Part shown: in pieces, positions 26,858 to 40,608 of the stretch
Numbering within the stretch: the stretch's first letter is position 1
How the letters are laid out: every line of letters begins with the position of its first letter
NCBI GenBank assembly: GCA_012295275.1
Contig: CM022671.1
Location: forward strand, 33,480,001-33,544,000
Length of the DNA: 64,000 bases
Source of the DNA: Chrysomallon squamiferum
Lineage: Eukaryota; Animalia; Mollusca
Direction: 5' to 3'
Notes under the pieces: generated by a model
What the model saw: only the letters and a program-made list of their open reading frames with translations
The model's database searches: none
Told to the model about the DNA's origin: nothing
Translations under genes and position numbers: made by a program

Positions 26858-28354
26858 ATAATAATAATAATAATAATTCATAACAGTAACACTAATAAAC
26901 GATGAGATAAATTAAAAAGTTAATACATTTTAAAATTAAGAAGCAATATCAAATAAGCTGTTATTGGTACACTGCCTTTTTAGAAAACAATATCAGTATA
27001 CTTGACAAAGATATCACTGACAATCATACAGTAAACAAGAACAGTTATAAAATGAAATCATAAAAAAAATAAAATAAAATCAATCTGAAAACATTTTTTC
27101 TTTAAACCTAAATGTTTTGAAACAAATTATTTCAAAACGTTTAGGTATTTATTATATTACTAACCATTTATCATCAAGAATTATTTTCTGATATTCACAC
27201 TCATTATTTTTACACCATAAATATACTGATATTCTCATATTTTACCTGACAGATAAAGTTAAGTAGTTATCTCCCTTCGTACTCAGTCGCAACAGATAAC
27301 ATCCAGTACTTACAGGACGGTAATGTTTAATGTACCTTGTCGCCTGTAGAATAAAAATACAAATAAATTAGATAATGAAATATTAAAAGTAATCAAAATT
27401 AGTTAATAAATGATAGACACATAATATACATGTACAAATATAAAATCTTATAAAGAAACAAACCAACCAATTATCCTGATCTCATCATGAAGTGAAGCAT
27501 ATAGACACGAACATCTTCACATATATAAATAAACAAACAAACTCATGCCCATATACTTACCTATCTACCTGCCTACTTACGTATCTATGTATCTAATCAG
27601 TGCACGAAAGCATAACCTTATATTTACAATTCTAATAATTTTGAGAAGAATGACATAAAATGTGTAACAGTACTAGACTGCACAAGAGGTGGCAGCATTA
27701 ATCATAAACGATAATACTGCAGATACAATATATCTACATCTTTACATCTCTATTGAGATAAGTTATTTTGCTTTAATTTAATAAGATGCAGTAGATTTTA
27801 AGATCGTGTCCTCACAAAAGACCCATCAGTCTATTATTTATTTTACCCAGTGATTCACAGTTGATGTACAAAAATCTATATGGTAAGTGCTATGTTGTCT
27901 GCAGGATGGTGCATGTCTAAAGGGTCTCTTGCTGTTAATCAGAAAGAGTAGCTCACAAAATGGCAGCAGTGGGATTCCTCTATCATTATCTGAGTGGTCC
28001 TTAAGCCTAAACTTTAAAAACATAGGTATGATAATTATGTTGATGGCATCATAAAATACAAATTACTTCATTTCTTTATTCAAAATGTTTAGTTATAACA
28101 TCTGCGTATAAATACACAATCAAGAAAGTCAAAAATCTATATATAACTGTAAATATTAATATGACAATGAAATATGTATATACATCCATATATACAAACC
28201 ATACAACAATAAACATTGATAACTCAGTGACAATATATGTATGACATATAACATATCAGAAACTTACCTCTTGACTATTTGTAATGTCTGGAAAGAAGAA
28301 GGGTAAAGTTGCAATTTCCTCTGGTACATAATTCGTATGATTAGCTTCAGCCAT
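25943..28354 (-). CDS. Copy C: truncated, predicted SH2-only protein of 196 aa (exons 28354-28268, 27343-27246, 26765-26452, 26034-25943); may be a pseudogene
   Basis: SH2 exons and splice sites are intact. A 22-nt deletion relative to copy F near the start of the last exon shifts the frame to ...RIPLFSHLIG*. Confidence 0.6.
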
Positions 28355-28847
28355 CACTGGTGTGAGGATTCTGTTAAACGTTTTTGTGTACTTCTGAGCT
28401 AAATAACAACACAGTATTATCATTTGATAGTATATGAGTGTTTGTATAATATCTATTTTAAGGAATGTTTTTAAATAAAAAGTTGGCACACAATCAAATT
28501 ACCATTCACAAAGCAATTATGTTTGAATAATAATTGTGCCTTCAGTTGGAAGAATAGTACGAAGAAAAAAAAATCAATAAAAAATAGTGAAGTAACAAGG
28601 AAACTGAAAATGTCAATAGATACTAAATAAATTAAAAATAAAAATATTCTTGTCTAGAAGCTGAGTATTTAGTTCCAGTGAGTCATACTGACCTAAATAG
28701 TATTGATTTTATAAATCAAAACAGTCAAAACCAGATTACACACATTGTAAGTGTTTAATTTATAAATATATTATTAGAGCATAAACTGCTAGTGTTCCTA
28801 TAATAAATATTATTATTAGTGATGAAATAAGAACTGTAATTAATAAT

Positions 28848-28889
<42 letters not shown>

Positions 28890-29509
28890 AATAATAAAAT
28901 AAGAATAAGAATAAATAATAATAATCATAATAAATAATAATAATAATAATACAAATTAAAATCTTCAAATTCTGTTGACGATGGTTCAAAACCTATATAA
29001 AATATCCTGAATTAAATAACAATCATTTGATACACAACTACTTTATAGTTTTCTTTCTAAGCAGCAAAAATATTGCAACTAATAACAACGTAGGTATTAA
29101 CTTCATAATGAAATCTTTAACTATATTCCAATATGTAATGTTACCCATAACAAACCAAAATACATTATTAGAGCAAAATCTAAGGGAATAAAGTGAAACA
29201 GTTAATTGATTTTCATATTTTCAATTAAGAAAATTATCTCAAAAGTTTACATAATCTTGCACACAATTTAAGACTAACTTTAGGTTTCTAAGAATTATGT
29301 ATTTAATATTAGGAATTATTACTCCAGACTAAGATTCCAAGTAACAATAACATTCACTAGTCTCTAGAAGACAGACTAAAGATTGCTTATTAATCATTAC
29401 AAGTCTTAAAAACGACTATTGCAAAATTATTTATTTTAGTGAAATTATTTGTATTGATTTGATATATAAACAGAACGTTCTAGTGTTTTGTCTTCATGAA
29501 ATAAAAAAT

Positions 29510-29542
<33 letters not shown>

Positions 29543-29688
29543 GTAGTAGTAGTAATAATAATAATAAAAATATTAAAAATAATAACAGAAATATTAAAGT
29601 GTATTTACTAGCCAATAAATATAAAATAAAGAATATCAAAATCTAAACACAGATCTGTCGCGAACATAAATTCCTCTAATTTAAATAA

Positions 29689-29734
<46 letters not shown>

Positions 29735-32700
29735 TAACTTAATGAAAGTCCTTTATAAAAACTAATTACAATGAAAAACATAAAATGTAATACTTTTACA
29801 GGTACAATCTATGACTAAGTGTTCTGTATTTCAAACGGTCTCTTTATCTAAAAGTAGTTTAGACAGGCCTATATCACTTGTCATTCATATTATTGCTGAA
29901 ACTGATTGTATGATGATTAAAGTCAAATAGACTGAGTGACTTTGTTGATAACAAAAACTGAAATAAAAAGTTTAGCCTTTGCTAGAAGCATTAAAAATAC
30001 ACGTTAATTCTAACATGTACTAATAGTAATACTCACTCATGTTCATTAACTGACAAAGTTTTTATGGGAACTTTTCACGTCTATTTTCATATTTTTTCCA
30101 TTTCTTTTACCCTTAACCAGGAAATTATTGAGCGTCTTCCTGAACAGAAAACGAAACTAAAAAAGAGGGGAAGGCTGACTCATTGTTAATAGTAACGGGT
30201 CCGAAAGTCGTTACTGATTTAAGGTTATACAAAAATGAAGTAAGCTACAAACTCGGTATTACTGCCGCCACCACAATCAGAACACCACTGTTATATTAAG
30301 ACTATAGCTGCTGCAATTAGAAGTCCTGTAATTATTATACTAGTACTACTAGTAAAACTACCACTACTAGTACTATTATTCCTAAAATGGTTGCTGCAGC
30401 TACCACCACAATCACACCAGTATGAATTATTTATATGTACCATAACATTGACAACTTCTAATACTTCTACTATTACACAACTACTACCTCTATCCTACAA
30501 TTTATTTAAGCATCATACTGTTATTGACCCTCTATTTTCTTTCTCCGTCCTCTTCTTCGTACTATTATTAGCTGCTTTATGAATTTGATTGTACTTTCGT
30601 GTCTCCGTAAAGATATGCGCATTTAATATCCCATACATGCTGATTATGATAAAAATATTTAGATAATGAAGACTAATATATGCTTCTCTTAAAATAAACA
30701 AATGCATGAATGAATGAATGAACGAATGAATAAATAAATATGTCATTAAACATTTCTTCATTCATATTACTACAAGCATTAGTGTAACTCCAATAAATAC
30801 AACTATTGCTGCTTCTGATACTACTACTGCTGTTATTATTGTTAATACTAATATTTTTTTATTCCTTATTTCGTTCTCGTCTCAAAAAGAAAATTCTAAA
30901 ATATTTCACCACTACACCGAAACATTGGTATCTGTTGATAGAAACGAATAGAGGCATTATTGCTTTCGATTACAATGTAGAGTTTGATAGGTTGTCTTCA
31001 TCAACGTCGTTATGGGAGACCTGTATGTAACAGGGTTAGCGATGGCTCATTGCGCACCAGAGAAAGTGACCAGTGAGCCACCCTTTCGGGTCATATTGGC
31101 CATAATCTTAAACAGTGAAAGAAGCTACAAACAACACACATATAAATCGGTTTTCTCTTCTTTTTTCTTCTTATTATTTTTCTTTCTTTCTTTTTATAAT
31201 TATTCCTGTCATAAATTTCATTTTAAGTGCACATAATGCAACAAACTAAAGGGCGAATAACATTTTTAACACATTCACCTCAGTCTTGGGCATTTTGTGC
31301 TAATGATTCAGTTTCTATGTTTTCAACGTACTTTCAAGAGTCCTAGCAAACAGTAAATGTTTTTCAAGATTAAACCCATCAAAACTGACATTGAATTGTA
31401 TGATTCCCTTGTGATTTTTGGCATTTTGCACAACAGGTTTAGGAAAGATATACAAAATTAAATCAGCCTCAACTGAGCTTATTTCTTCCTGGACAGGCTC
31501 AATAAATGCACATGACATAGCGTGGGAGATTTTCTGAGAAAATGGTATGTACATTTTATGGATAAATAAGTAAATTTTGTATACTTCCTAATTTTTATTT
31601 TATGTATTCAAACTAATCTTTTCCAGTGATATCTATTATGAGACAAGGAGAATAGGAGAATAGTTGCATTTTGCCAAATGTCAAGTGATCTTTCATGTCA
31701 TTGGTGTGCCTTGGTCTGTTCTCTTCTGTTAATGTACTACTACTACTACTACTACTAGTAATAATAATAATAATAATTCTATTACAGATACTATTACTAC
31801 TAATTCTCCTCTAAGTATTATTACACATATTATTATAATGTGTTAAGATAAAAGAAAGATAGTATATTTTCAGATTCTATCAGTGTTTTCATATGTTATT
31901 ATTATTGGTTTCCAGTAATCTGTCCTTAAAATTAGGTTACAGAATCAAATGGGAATATAAATAGACTATAAATGTGTTTGTACCGAAAAATATAATATAG
32001 TGGTTTTATGATAAAACAACAAAAATATAGTAGGATTATGAAAGTACAAGCAACCTCTAGTTATAAAACATGATATATATTATAATAGTTTTATAATAAT
32101 ATAGAGACTGCATTATGATAATACATCAACAAGAATATTATTTTTCTGAATATTTTCAATTTGAAAATGTGACATTAAATTCTGTAATCATTAAACATTT
32201 AATAGAAGAAAATCTACTACTTTATTTACATAATCCTTAAGTTTTTTCTTGAATATTATACATATAAAAAAAATATTAAAATATTTTACATATAATTTAT
32301 GAAATAAGAACAAAGTAGAAAAGAAAATACTACACTAAAATCCCACCAGTCTATTTTAGTTGCTAAGCACAAAGAATTAAAAAAATAAAAATATATATAT
32401 AATATAAATCTTTAAGAAAAAAAACATTATATGAGTGCACAAAAATACATAAAGAAATACATTTTTAAATTAATTCCAAATTAAGAAAGACATAACTCCT
32501 CTTTCGGTGTATTTACACAATTCATTGTTCATATTAAAATGTGCAACTGTGAAACTTTGTAAAAACATGGACAAAGATAAAAATATAGTGCAGTGAATTT
32601 ATTTAGTCTTTTTCCACAAAATATTTTACATTTTCTCACACACACACACACACACACATTATATACATGTATAGCAAAAAAAAACAACTTTGATGGTCAT

Positions 32701-34084
32701 CGTTGTAGTTTTACAAACGCAAGACCAAAATAGGCATCCTAACATCAGTCTTTACATATATAGGTATAGATCCTCATAAGTATGAATTTATTAAATCATT
32801 TAACTCTGTCATGAGAATAGATGAAGTTCAGTAATTCTTTAACATAATTTAATATTCAAAAATGCAAAACAAACATAAATAATAATAATAATTAAAATTT
32901 ATAAATCAAACATAATAAAAAAAAAGAATAATAATAAATTAAATGAATCTCTACATGTTTATCCCATCAGAAATAAAAATAAAAATATGTAAGTTCCAGA
33001 ATTCTAATAAGCTTGTTATTTATTATTGTCATACTTTATTAATGGTAAAGTAACAAATTAAACAAACTCATGGAAGTATTGTGTGTTTAATATGTTATTT
33101 TGTACTGCACCTGGCACACATTCACATTCAAATGTATATAGATTTTTTATTAATTCTTATTTACTTATTTATTCTTATTTTATTATGATTTTGTTATTAT
33201 GTTTGAATGTGTATCCAGATTAATCAGAACATTAAAGTGTACTAGATGCAGTACAAAATGCTAAATATTTATATATACTTAAATTTCAAGAACTGTCTCA
33301 CTGGTTTATCTAGATAAAACTAAACCTACATATTACAGTGAATGCATCTGAAAGATAATAAAGTAATGTACATTTTCTCAGTTATAAAAATATTCAGCAG
33401 AATGTCTAAGCTTTTGGCAGAAGGGCTGTGGCAAGGCACATCAAAGAACTTATTTTGTAGTAGCATAGTTTAGAAAGATTCCTATTTTTCAAGTTATTAA
33501 TACAGTATATTTATTATGAAACAATTTTTCCCAAACTAGCATCAGTTCTAGTCTGACAACACAACATTTATTTAATTATTAATTTATTTATTTGTATTTT
33601 AAATTGATTATTTCTGGCATATTTAGTGTGAGTATGAATATTTGTGTTAAGCATTTAGCTGCACATACACATCATCTCTTTATAAAGATGTCTCTGTGAC
33701 TGTGCAAGTGTACAAAGTTTATATCCAAATGTCAGTAACTTGATACTCTATTTATTCAAATCTGGTCTTATTCATTATTAAAAGATTAATATATTATGCA
33801 GAGTTCTTTAACATTAGAAAAAAAACAAACAAAAAACATTTATTAATCCTATTTGAAGTAAATTGTAAACCACTACACCATAGTAAGTTGTTAGATAAGC
33901 TGTAAATCCTTTGTACTTTTAATTTTAAGTTTCCAATTTAGAACTTTTATTACTGTATGTATTTGGTCACATCGGGTAGACAAAAGAAATAGTGATATAT
34001 GACACAGTTTGTTGTTATATGCCCAGTTCTGTATGAAAATTTCGCTGAACACTAAGTCAACCTTGCTGAGGATGTCTCTCTGGA

Positions 34085-37000
34085 TCAGAACTGTCTTTTT
34101 CTGTACATCACAACTGGACCTGTGGGGAAGTACAAGTAAGACTTTCCAGTCAGGTACTGATGCTCTCCTTTGGCTTTCTGTCTTGAGTTAGCATTAATAT
34201 CATAAACCGACATATCCCTGACATCAAGATATTGCCTTTGATTAATATGGAGAATCTGCCTTCCATTCATATTAGAATTCAGTATGTCTCTGCCGTCATC
34301 ATTAAGCCTATCCTTCACATCAGCATTCTTCCTTCCATTCACATTAGCATTCAGCCTGTCTCTGTTTTCATCATTAAGTCTATCCTTCATATCAGCAGTC
34401 TGCCTTCCATTCACATTAGCATTCAGCCTGTCTCTGTTTTCATCATTAAGCCTACCCTTCATATCAGCAGTCTGCCTTCCATTCACATTAGCATTCAGCC
34501 TTTCTCTGTTGTCATCATAAAGCCTATCCTTGTCATCAGCATTCTGCCTTCCATTGACATTATCATTCAGCTTTTCTCTGTTGTCATCATTAAGCCTATC
34601 CTTGAAATCAACATTCTGCCGTCCATTCACATTAGCATTCAGCCTTTCTCTGTTGTCATCATAAAGCCTATCCTTGACATCAGTATTCTGACTTCCATTG
34701 ACATTAGCAGTGACAATTTCTCTGTTGTCATCATTAAGCCTATCCTTGACATCAGCATTCTGCCTTCCATTGACATTATCATTCAGCTTTTTTCTGTTGT
34801 CATCATTAAGCCTATCCTTGAAATCAACATTCTGCCGTCCATTCACATTAGCATTCAGCCTTTCTCTGTTGTTATCATTAAGCCAGTGCTTGACATGAGC
34901 ATTCTGCCTTCCATTCACATAGCCATTAACCTTTCCTCTGTTGTCATCATTAAGCCTATCCTTGTCATCAGCATTCTGACTTCCACTGACATTAGCAGTG
35001 ACCATTTCTCTGTTGTCATCATTAAGCCTATCTTTGACATCAGCATTCTGCCTTCCATTCACATTAGCATTCAGCCTTTCTCTGTTGTTATCATTAAGCC
35101 AGTGCTTGACATGAGCATTCTGCCTTCCATTCACATAGCCATTAACCTTTCCTCTGTTGTCATCATTAAGCCTATCCTTGTCATCAGCATTCTGACTTCC
35201 ATTGACATTAGCAGTGACCATTTCTCTGTTGTCATCATTAAGCCTATCCTTGAGATAAGCATTCTGCCTTCCATTCACATTAGCATTCACCCTTTTTCTG
35301 CTGCCATCATTAAGCCTATCCTTGTCATCAGCATTCTGACTTCCATTGACATTATCATTCAGCTTTTCTCTGTTGTCATTATTAAGCCTATCCTTGACAT
35401 CAACATTCTGCCGTCCATTCACATTAGCATTCAGCCTTTCTCTGTTCTGATCATTAAGCCAGTGCTTGACATGAGCATTCTGCCTTCCATTCACATTGCC
35501 ATTAACCTGTTCTCTGTTGTCATCATTACGCCTATCTTTGACAACAGCATTCTGCCATCCATTGGCAATAACATTTAGCCTTTCTCTGTTGTCCTCATTA
35601 AGCCTATCCTTGAGATCAGCATTCTGCCTTCCTTTCATATTAACATTCAGCCTTTTTCTGCTGTCATCGTTAAGCCTATCCTTGCCATCAGCATTCTGAT
35701 TTCCATTGAAATTTGCAGTGAACATTTTTCTGTTATCATCATTACACCTATCTTTGACATCAGCATTCTGCCTTCCATTGACATAAACATTCAGCCTTTC
35801 TGTATTGTCATCATTAAACCTATCTTTGATATCAGCATTATGCCATCCATTGGCAATAACATTAAGCCTTTCATCATTAAGCCTATCCTTGAGATGAGCA
35901 TTCTGCTTATCTTTGACATCAGCATTCAACTTTCCATTGACATTAGGGTTCAGCCTTTCTCTGTTGTCATCATTACGCCGATCCTTGACATCAACATTCT
36001 GCCGTCCATTGACATTAGCACTCAGCCTTTCTCTGTTATTATCGTTAAACCGATTCCTGACATCAGCATTCTTTCTTCTATTCATATTAGTACTCAGCCT
36101 TTCTTTTTTATCATCATTAAGCCTATCCTTGACATTAATATCCTGCCTTCTATATTGCAGCTGTTGACTTGGTGAAGTTGCTTCTGATACTGTGCTTCCT
36201 GAATTTTCAAACTCGCTATTATCTGAAGATAGGAACTGTTTATTTACAGGTACAACCTGCTGTCCAATATCCAATGCAGACTGGTAATTATCCAATTTCT
36301 TCCTTTTTGTCAAAAGTTTTTCGAGGATCATGTCACATTCTGGACGGAAGAGAATACTGGGTGGTGCAAACCCATTTTCCTTGCTTAGACGAATGATGGT
36401 CTGTCGTTGTCCTTCAGTTATGTACAGCAGCAGCTGAGGAGGAAAATTCCATGTGGTCCGACCATCGATGTCCTGATAGAAGAGCTTGTTTTTTGTAGCA
36501 GCCTCTTGACTTCTGTGAATTGTCCAGCCATCTGGCAGGGCAGCATCTGTGAGAAGAATCCCACATTCACATCTTTCTAAATCCTTCAGTTTCCTTCTAA
36601 GGATCTCTAACTTAGGAGCATTTTCATCAAGTGGGGTTGAGTAATAAACATTATCCATGTTGGCACAGTCTGGAGGAGGCAATGGTGGTCGACTGTTTGG
36701 TAAACTAGCTTTCGTCTGACGGTACTTTTCAGTGATGTTTGTTCTTATGTCTGGATCTTTCTGACTGGATGATCGCAGCCCAATGGCTACTGCTTTTACT
36801 TTAGTTACCCTATCAAGTGACATGCGTTTTTCACTCCTGTGGTTTCTTACAGGATGTGCTCTTTTACCTTCTGGAAAACAAAAAAGTGTTTAATCCTCTT
36901 TATGAAATAGGTCAAAGAATACAACAGATATAAAAGAGATATGTTAGTGTTGAAATATATATCATTACTCAAGGAAATAATATTTATAGGTATTTTCTAC

Positions 37001-37660
37001 ATTTAAAGAGAGTTAAAAAAATGCAATTAATCTGAGATAATTTAGTCTGAACATTAACATTTACTATATAATATAATTATAATAATAATTTAATGCAACG
37101 ATAACAACAAAAGAGTAAATGATGAAAAAAAAAAAAACTATATCAATAATAACATAAAACAACAACAACAAAAAAACATGATGAACAGCAACCATAATAA
37201 CAATAATAACAACAGAATTAATATTAGAATTAGTGATAGTAATCGTGATCTAATACAAGAGTGCTGTATAGTAAAGATACCAAATCGCTGTACCTGGACT
37301 CATTGCTAAGAAGGACGGCTGTCGTGAGTTTGCTGATGTCGCAGGTAGTATCATGACCATCTGTTCATCGGGCTGCATCGTTCTTTTACTCACACCGCCC
37401 AACCTTTCGTAGTCCGAGTAGTTGTTAATTGGATAGAGCAAGCGCACATTCTCTATCTTTTGCAAGTTACGTATACTGTGTTGCTTGTAAAAAGCTACAC
37501 AGTTTCATGAATGACATGAATTTGATTCCAGGAACGATATAATACTGGAAATGTACACCTTGTTTCTCTATAACCACATTTATATGTCGTACAGAACTTT
37601 CACTAATACTGTAGAATAGATAAATAAATAAACAAATCAATAACTGATATCAACAACAGC

Positions 37661-37711
<51 letters not shown>

Positions 37712-39157
37712 TTATAACAGTAATAGTAATAAACTATGAGATAAATTAAAAAGTTAATAAATTTTAAACTTAAGAAGCAATGTCAAATAAGCTGGTATTG
37801 GTACACTGCCTTTTTATAAACAATATCAGTATACTTGACAAAGACATCATTGACAATCATCCAGTAAAAAGAACAGTTATAAAATGAAATCAGAAAAAAA
37901 TAAAAATAAAATACATTTGAGAACAATTTTCTTTAAACTTAAATGTTCTGAAACAAATTATTTCAAAACATTTAGATAATTATTATATAACTAACCATTT
38001 ATCATCAAGAATTATTTTCTGATATTCACACTCATTTCTTATAAACTCTAAATATATTGATATTCTCATATTTTACCTGACAGATAAAGACAAGTAGTTA
38101 TCTCCCTTCGTACTCAGCCGCAACAGATACCATCCAGTACTTACAGGACCGTAATGTTTAATGTACCTTGTCGCCTGTAGAATAAAAATACAAATAAATT
38201 AGGTAATGAAATATTAAAAGCAATCAAAATTAGTTAATAAATGATAGACACAAAATATACGTGTACAAATATAAAATCATACAAAGAAACCAACCAACCA
38301 ATTATCCTGATCTCCTCATGAAGTGAAGCATATAGACATGTGTATTTTCACATATATAAATAAACAAACAAACTCATGCCCATACACTTACTTATCTCCT
38401 GCCTACTTATCTATCTATGTATCTAATCAGTGTATGAAAGCATAACCTTGTGTTTACAATTCTAATCAGTTTGAGGAGAATGACATAAAATGTGTAACAG
38501 TGCTAGACTGCACAAGAGATGGCAGCTTTAATCATAAATGATAATGCAGATATAATATCTCTACATCTGAACATCTCTATTGACATAAGTTTTTTTGCTT
38601 TAATTTAATAAGATGCAGTAGACTGCAAGACCCATCAGCCTATCTTTTATTTTACCCAGTGATTCACAGTTGATGTACAAAAATCTATATGGTAAGTGCT
38701 ATGTTATCTGCAGGATGGAGCATGTCTAAAGGGTCTCTTGCTGTTAATCAGAAAGAGTAGCTCACAAAATGGCAGCAGTGGGTTTCCTCTATCATTATCT
38801 CAGTGATGCCTAAACTTTAAAACCATAGGTATGATAATTATGTTGATGGCATAATAAAATACAAATTACTTCATTTCTTTATTCAAAATGTTTAGTTATA
38901 ACACCTGGCTATAAATACACAATCAAGAAAGTCAACAAACTATATATAACTGTTAATATTGATATGACAATGAAATATGTATATACATCAATATATACAA
39001 ACCATACAACAATAAGCATTGATGTCTCAGTGACAATATATGTATGACATATAACAGATCAGAAACTTACCTCTTGACTATTTGTAATGTCTGGAAAGAA
39101 GAAGGGTAAAGTTGCAATTTCCTCTGGTACATAATTCGTATGACTAGCTTCAGCCAT
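34085..39157 (-). CDS. Copy D: SH2-WW-repeat adaptor (~1094 aa if corrected) with a +1 frameshift in SH2 exon 3 (exons 39157-39071, 38174-38077, 37608-37294, 36870-34085)
   Basis: Near-identical to copy B. Exon 3 is 315 nt against 314 in B because the A-run at 37489-37493 has 5 A instead of 4. The last exon is fully open (912-aa ORF). Either a sequencing error or a young pseudogene. Confidence 0.7.
34245..36160 (-). repeat. Coding 72-bp minisatellite, ~26 units (copy D)
   Basis: Same unit, with a 216-bp higher-order repeat (AGCCAGTGCTTGAC at 34881 and 35097). Confidence 0.95.
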
Positions 39158-40577
39158 CACTGGTGTGAGGATTCTGTTAAACGTTTTTGTGTACTTCTGA
39201 GCTAAATAACAACACAATATTATTATTTGACAGTATATGAGTGTTTGCATAATATCTATTTTAAGGAATGTTTTTAAATAAAAAGCTGGCACACAATCAA
39301 ATTACCATTCACAAAGCAATTATGTTTGAATAATAATTGTGCCTTCAGTTGGAAGAATAGTACGAAGAAAAAAAATCCAAAAAAAAGTAGTGAAGTAACA
39401 AGGAAACTGAAAATGTCAATAGATACTAAATAAATTAAAAATAAAAATATTCTTGTCTAGAAGTTGAGTATTTAGTTACAGTGAGTCATACTGACCTAAA
39501 TAGTATCGATTTTATAAATCAAAACAGTCAAAACCACATTACACACACTGTAAGTGTTTAATTTATAAATATATTATTAGAGCATAAACTGCTAGTGTTC
39601 CTATAATAAATATTACTAGTAGTGATGAAATAAGAACTGTAATTAATAATAATATTAATAATAATAATAATAATAACAACAACAACAACAACAATAACAA
39701 TAATAAGAATAAAATAAGAATAAGAATATATAATAATAATAATAATTAAATATTAAAATCTTCAAATTCTGTTGACGATGGTTCAAAACCTATATAAAAT
39801 ATCCTGAATTAAATAACAATCATTTGATACACAACTACTTTATAGCTTTCTTTCTAAGCAGCAAAAATATTGCAACTAATAACAACGTAGGTATTAATTT
39901 CATAATGAAATATTCAACTCTATTCCTTCATATTAATATTTAGCAAAATTTCAGATGTATAATACAATTAGGTCTACTCTGATTCAGACTGGGTGATAAG
40001 TAAATGTAGAGCTTTGGCCAATTTTCGTTCTACTGATACACCAAGTTTATTTCATTTGAAATGCAGTGGTTAAAGATGCATACGATCATCTACTTTTGAT
40101 AAAATGTCATTACAGAGGAGTGTTATCGGAAAAAAAAAAAAAAAAAAAAAAAAATGGAATTTCCAATTTGTTACCCATAACAAACCAAAATACATTATTA
40201 GAGCAAAATCTAAGGGAATAAAGTGAAACAGTTAATTGATTTTCAGTTAAGAAAATTATCTCAAAAGTTTACATAATCTTGCACACAAGTTAGGACTAAC
40301 TTTAGGTTTCTAAGAATTATGTATTTAATATTAGGAATTATTACTCCAGACTAAGATTCCAAGTATCAATAACATTCACTAGTCTCTAGAAGACAGACTA
40401 AAAATTGTTTATTAATCATTACAAGTCTTAAAAACGACTATTGCAAAATTATTTATTTTATTGAAATTATTTGTATTGATTTGATATATAAACAGAACCT
40501 TCTAGTGTTTCGTCTTCATGAAATAAAAAATGTAATAACAATAATAATAACAATAATAATAATAATAATAATAATAA

Positions 40578-40608
<31 letters not shown>

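Noticed and set aside
27838-28023. 61-aa ORF MFLKFRLKDHSD... (also 48579-48764)
   Set aside because: Antisense reading of the intronic SINE remnant; not called in the other units.
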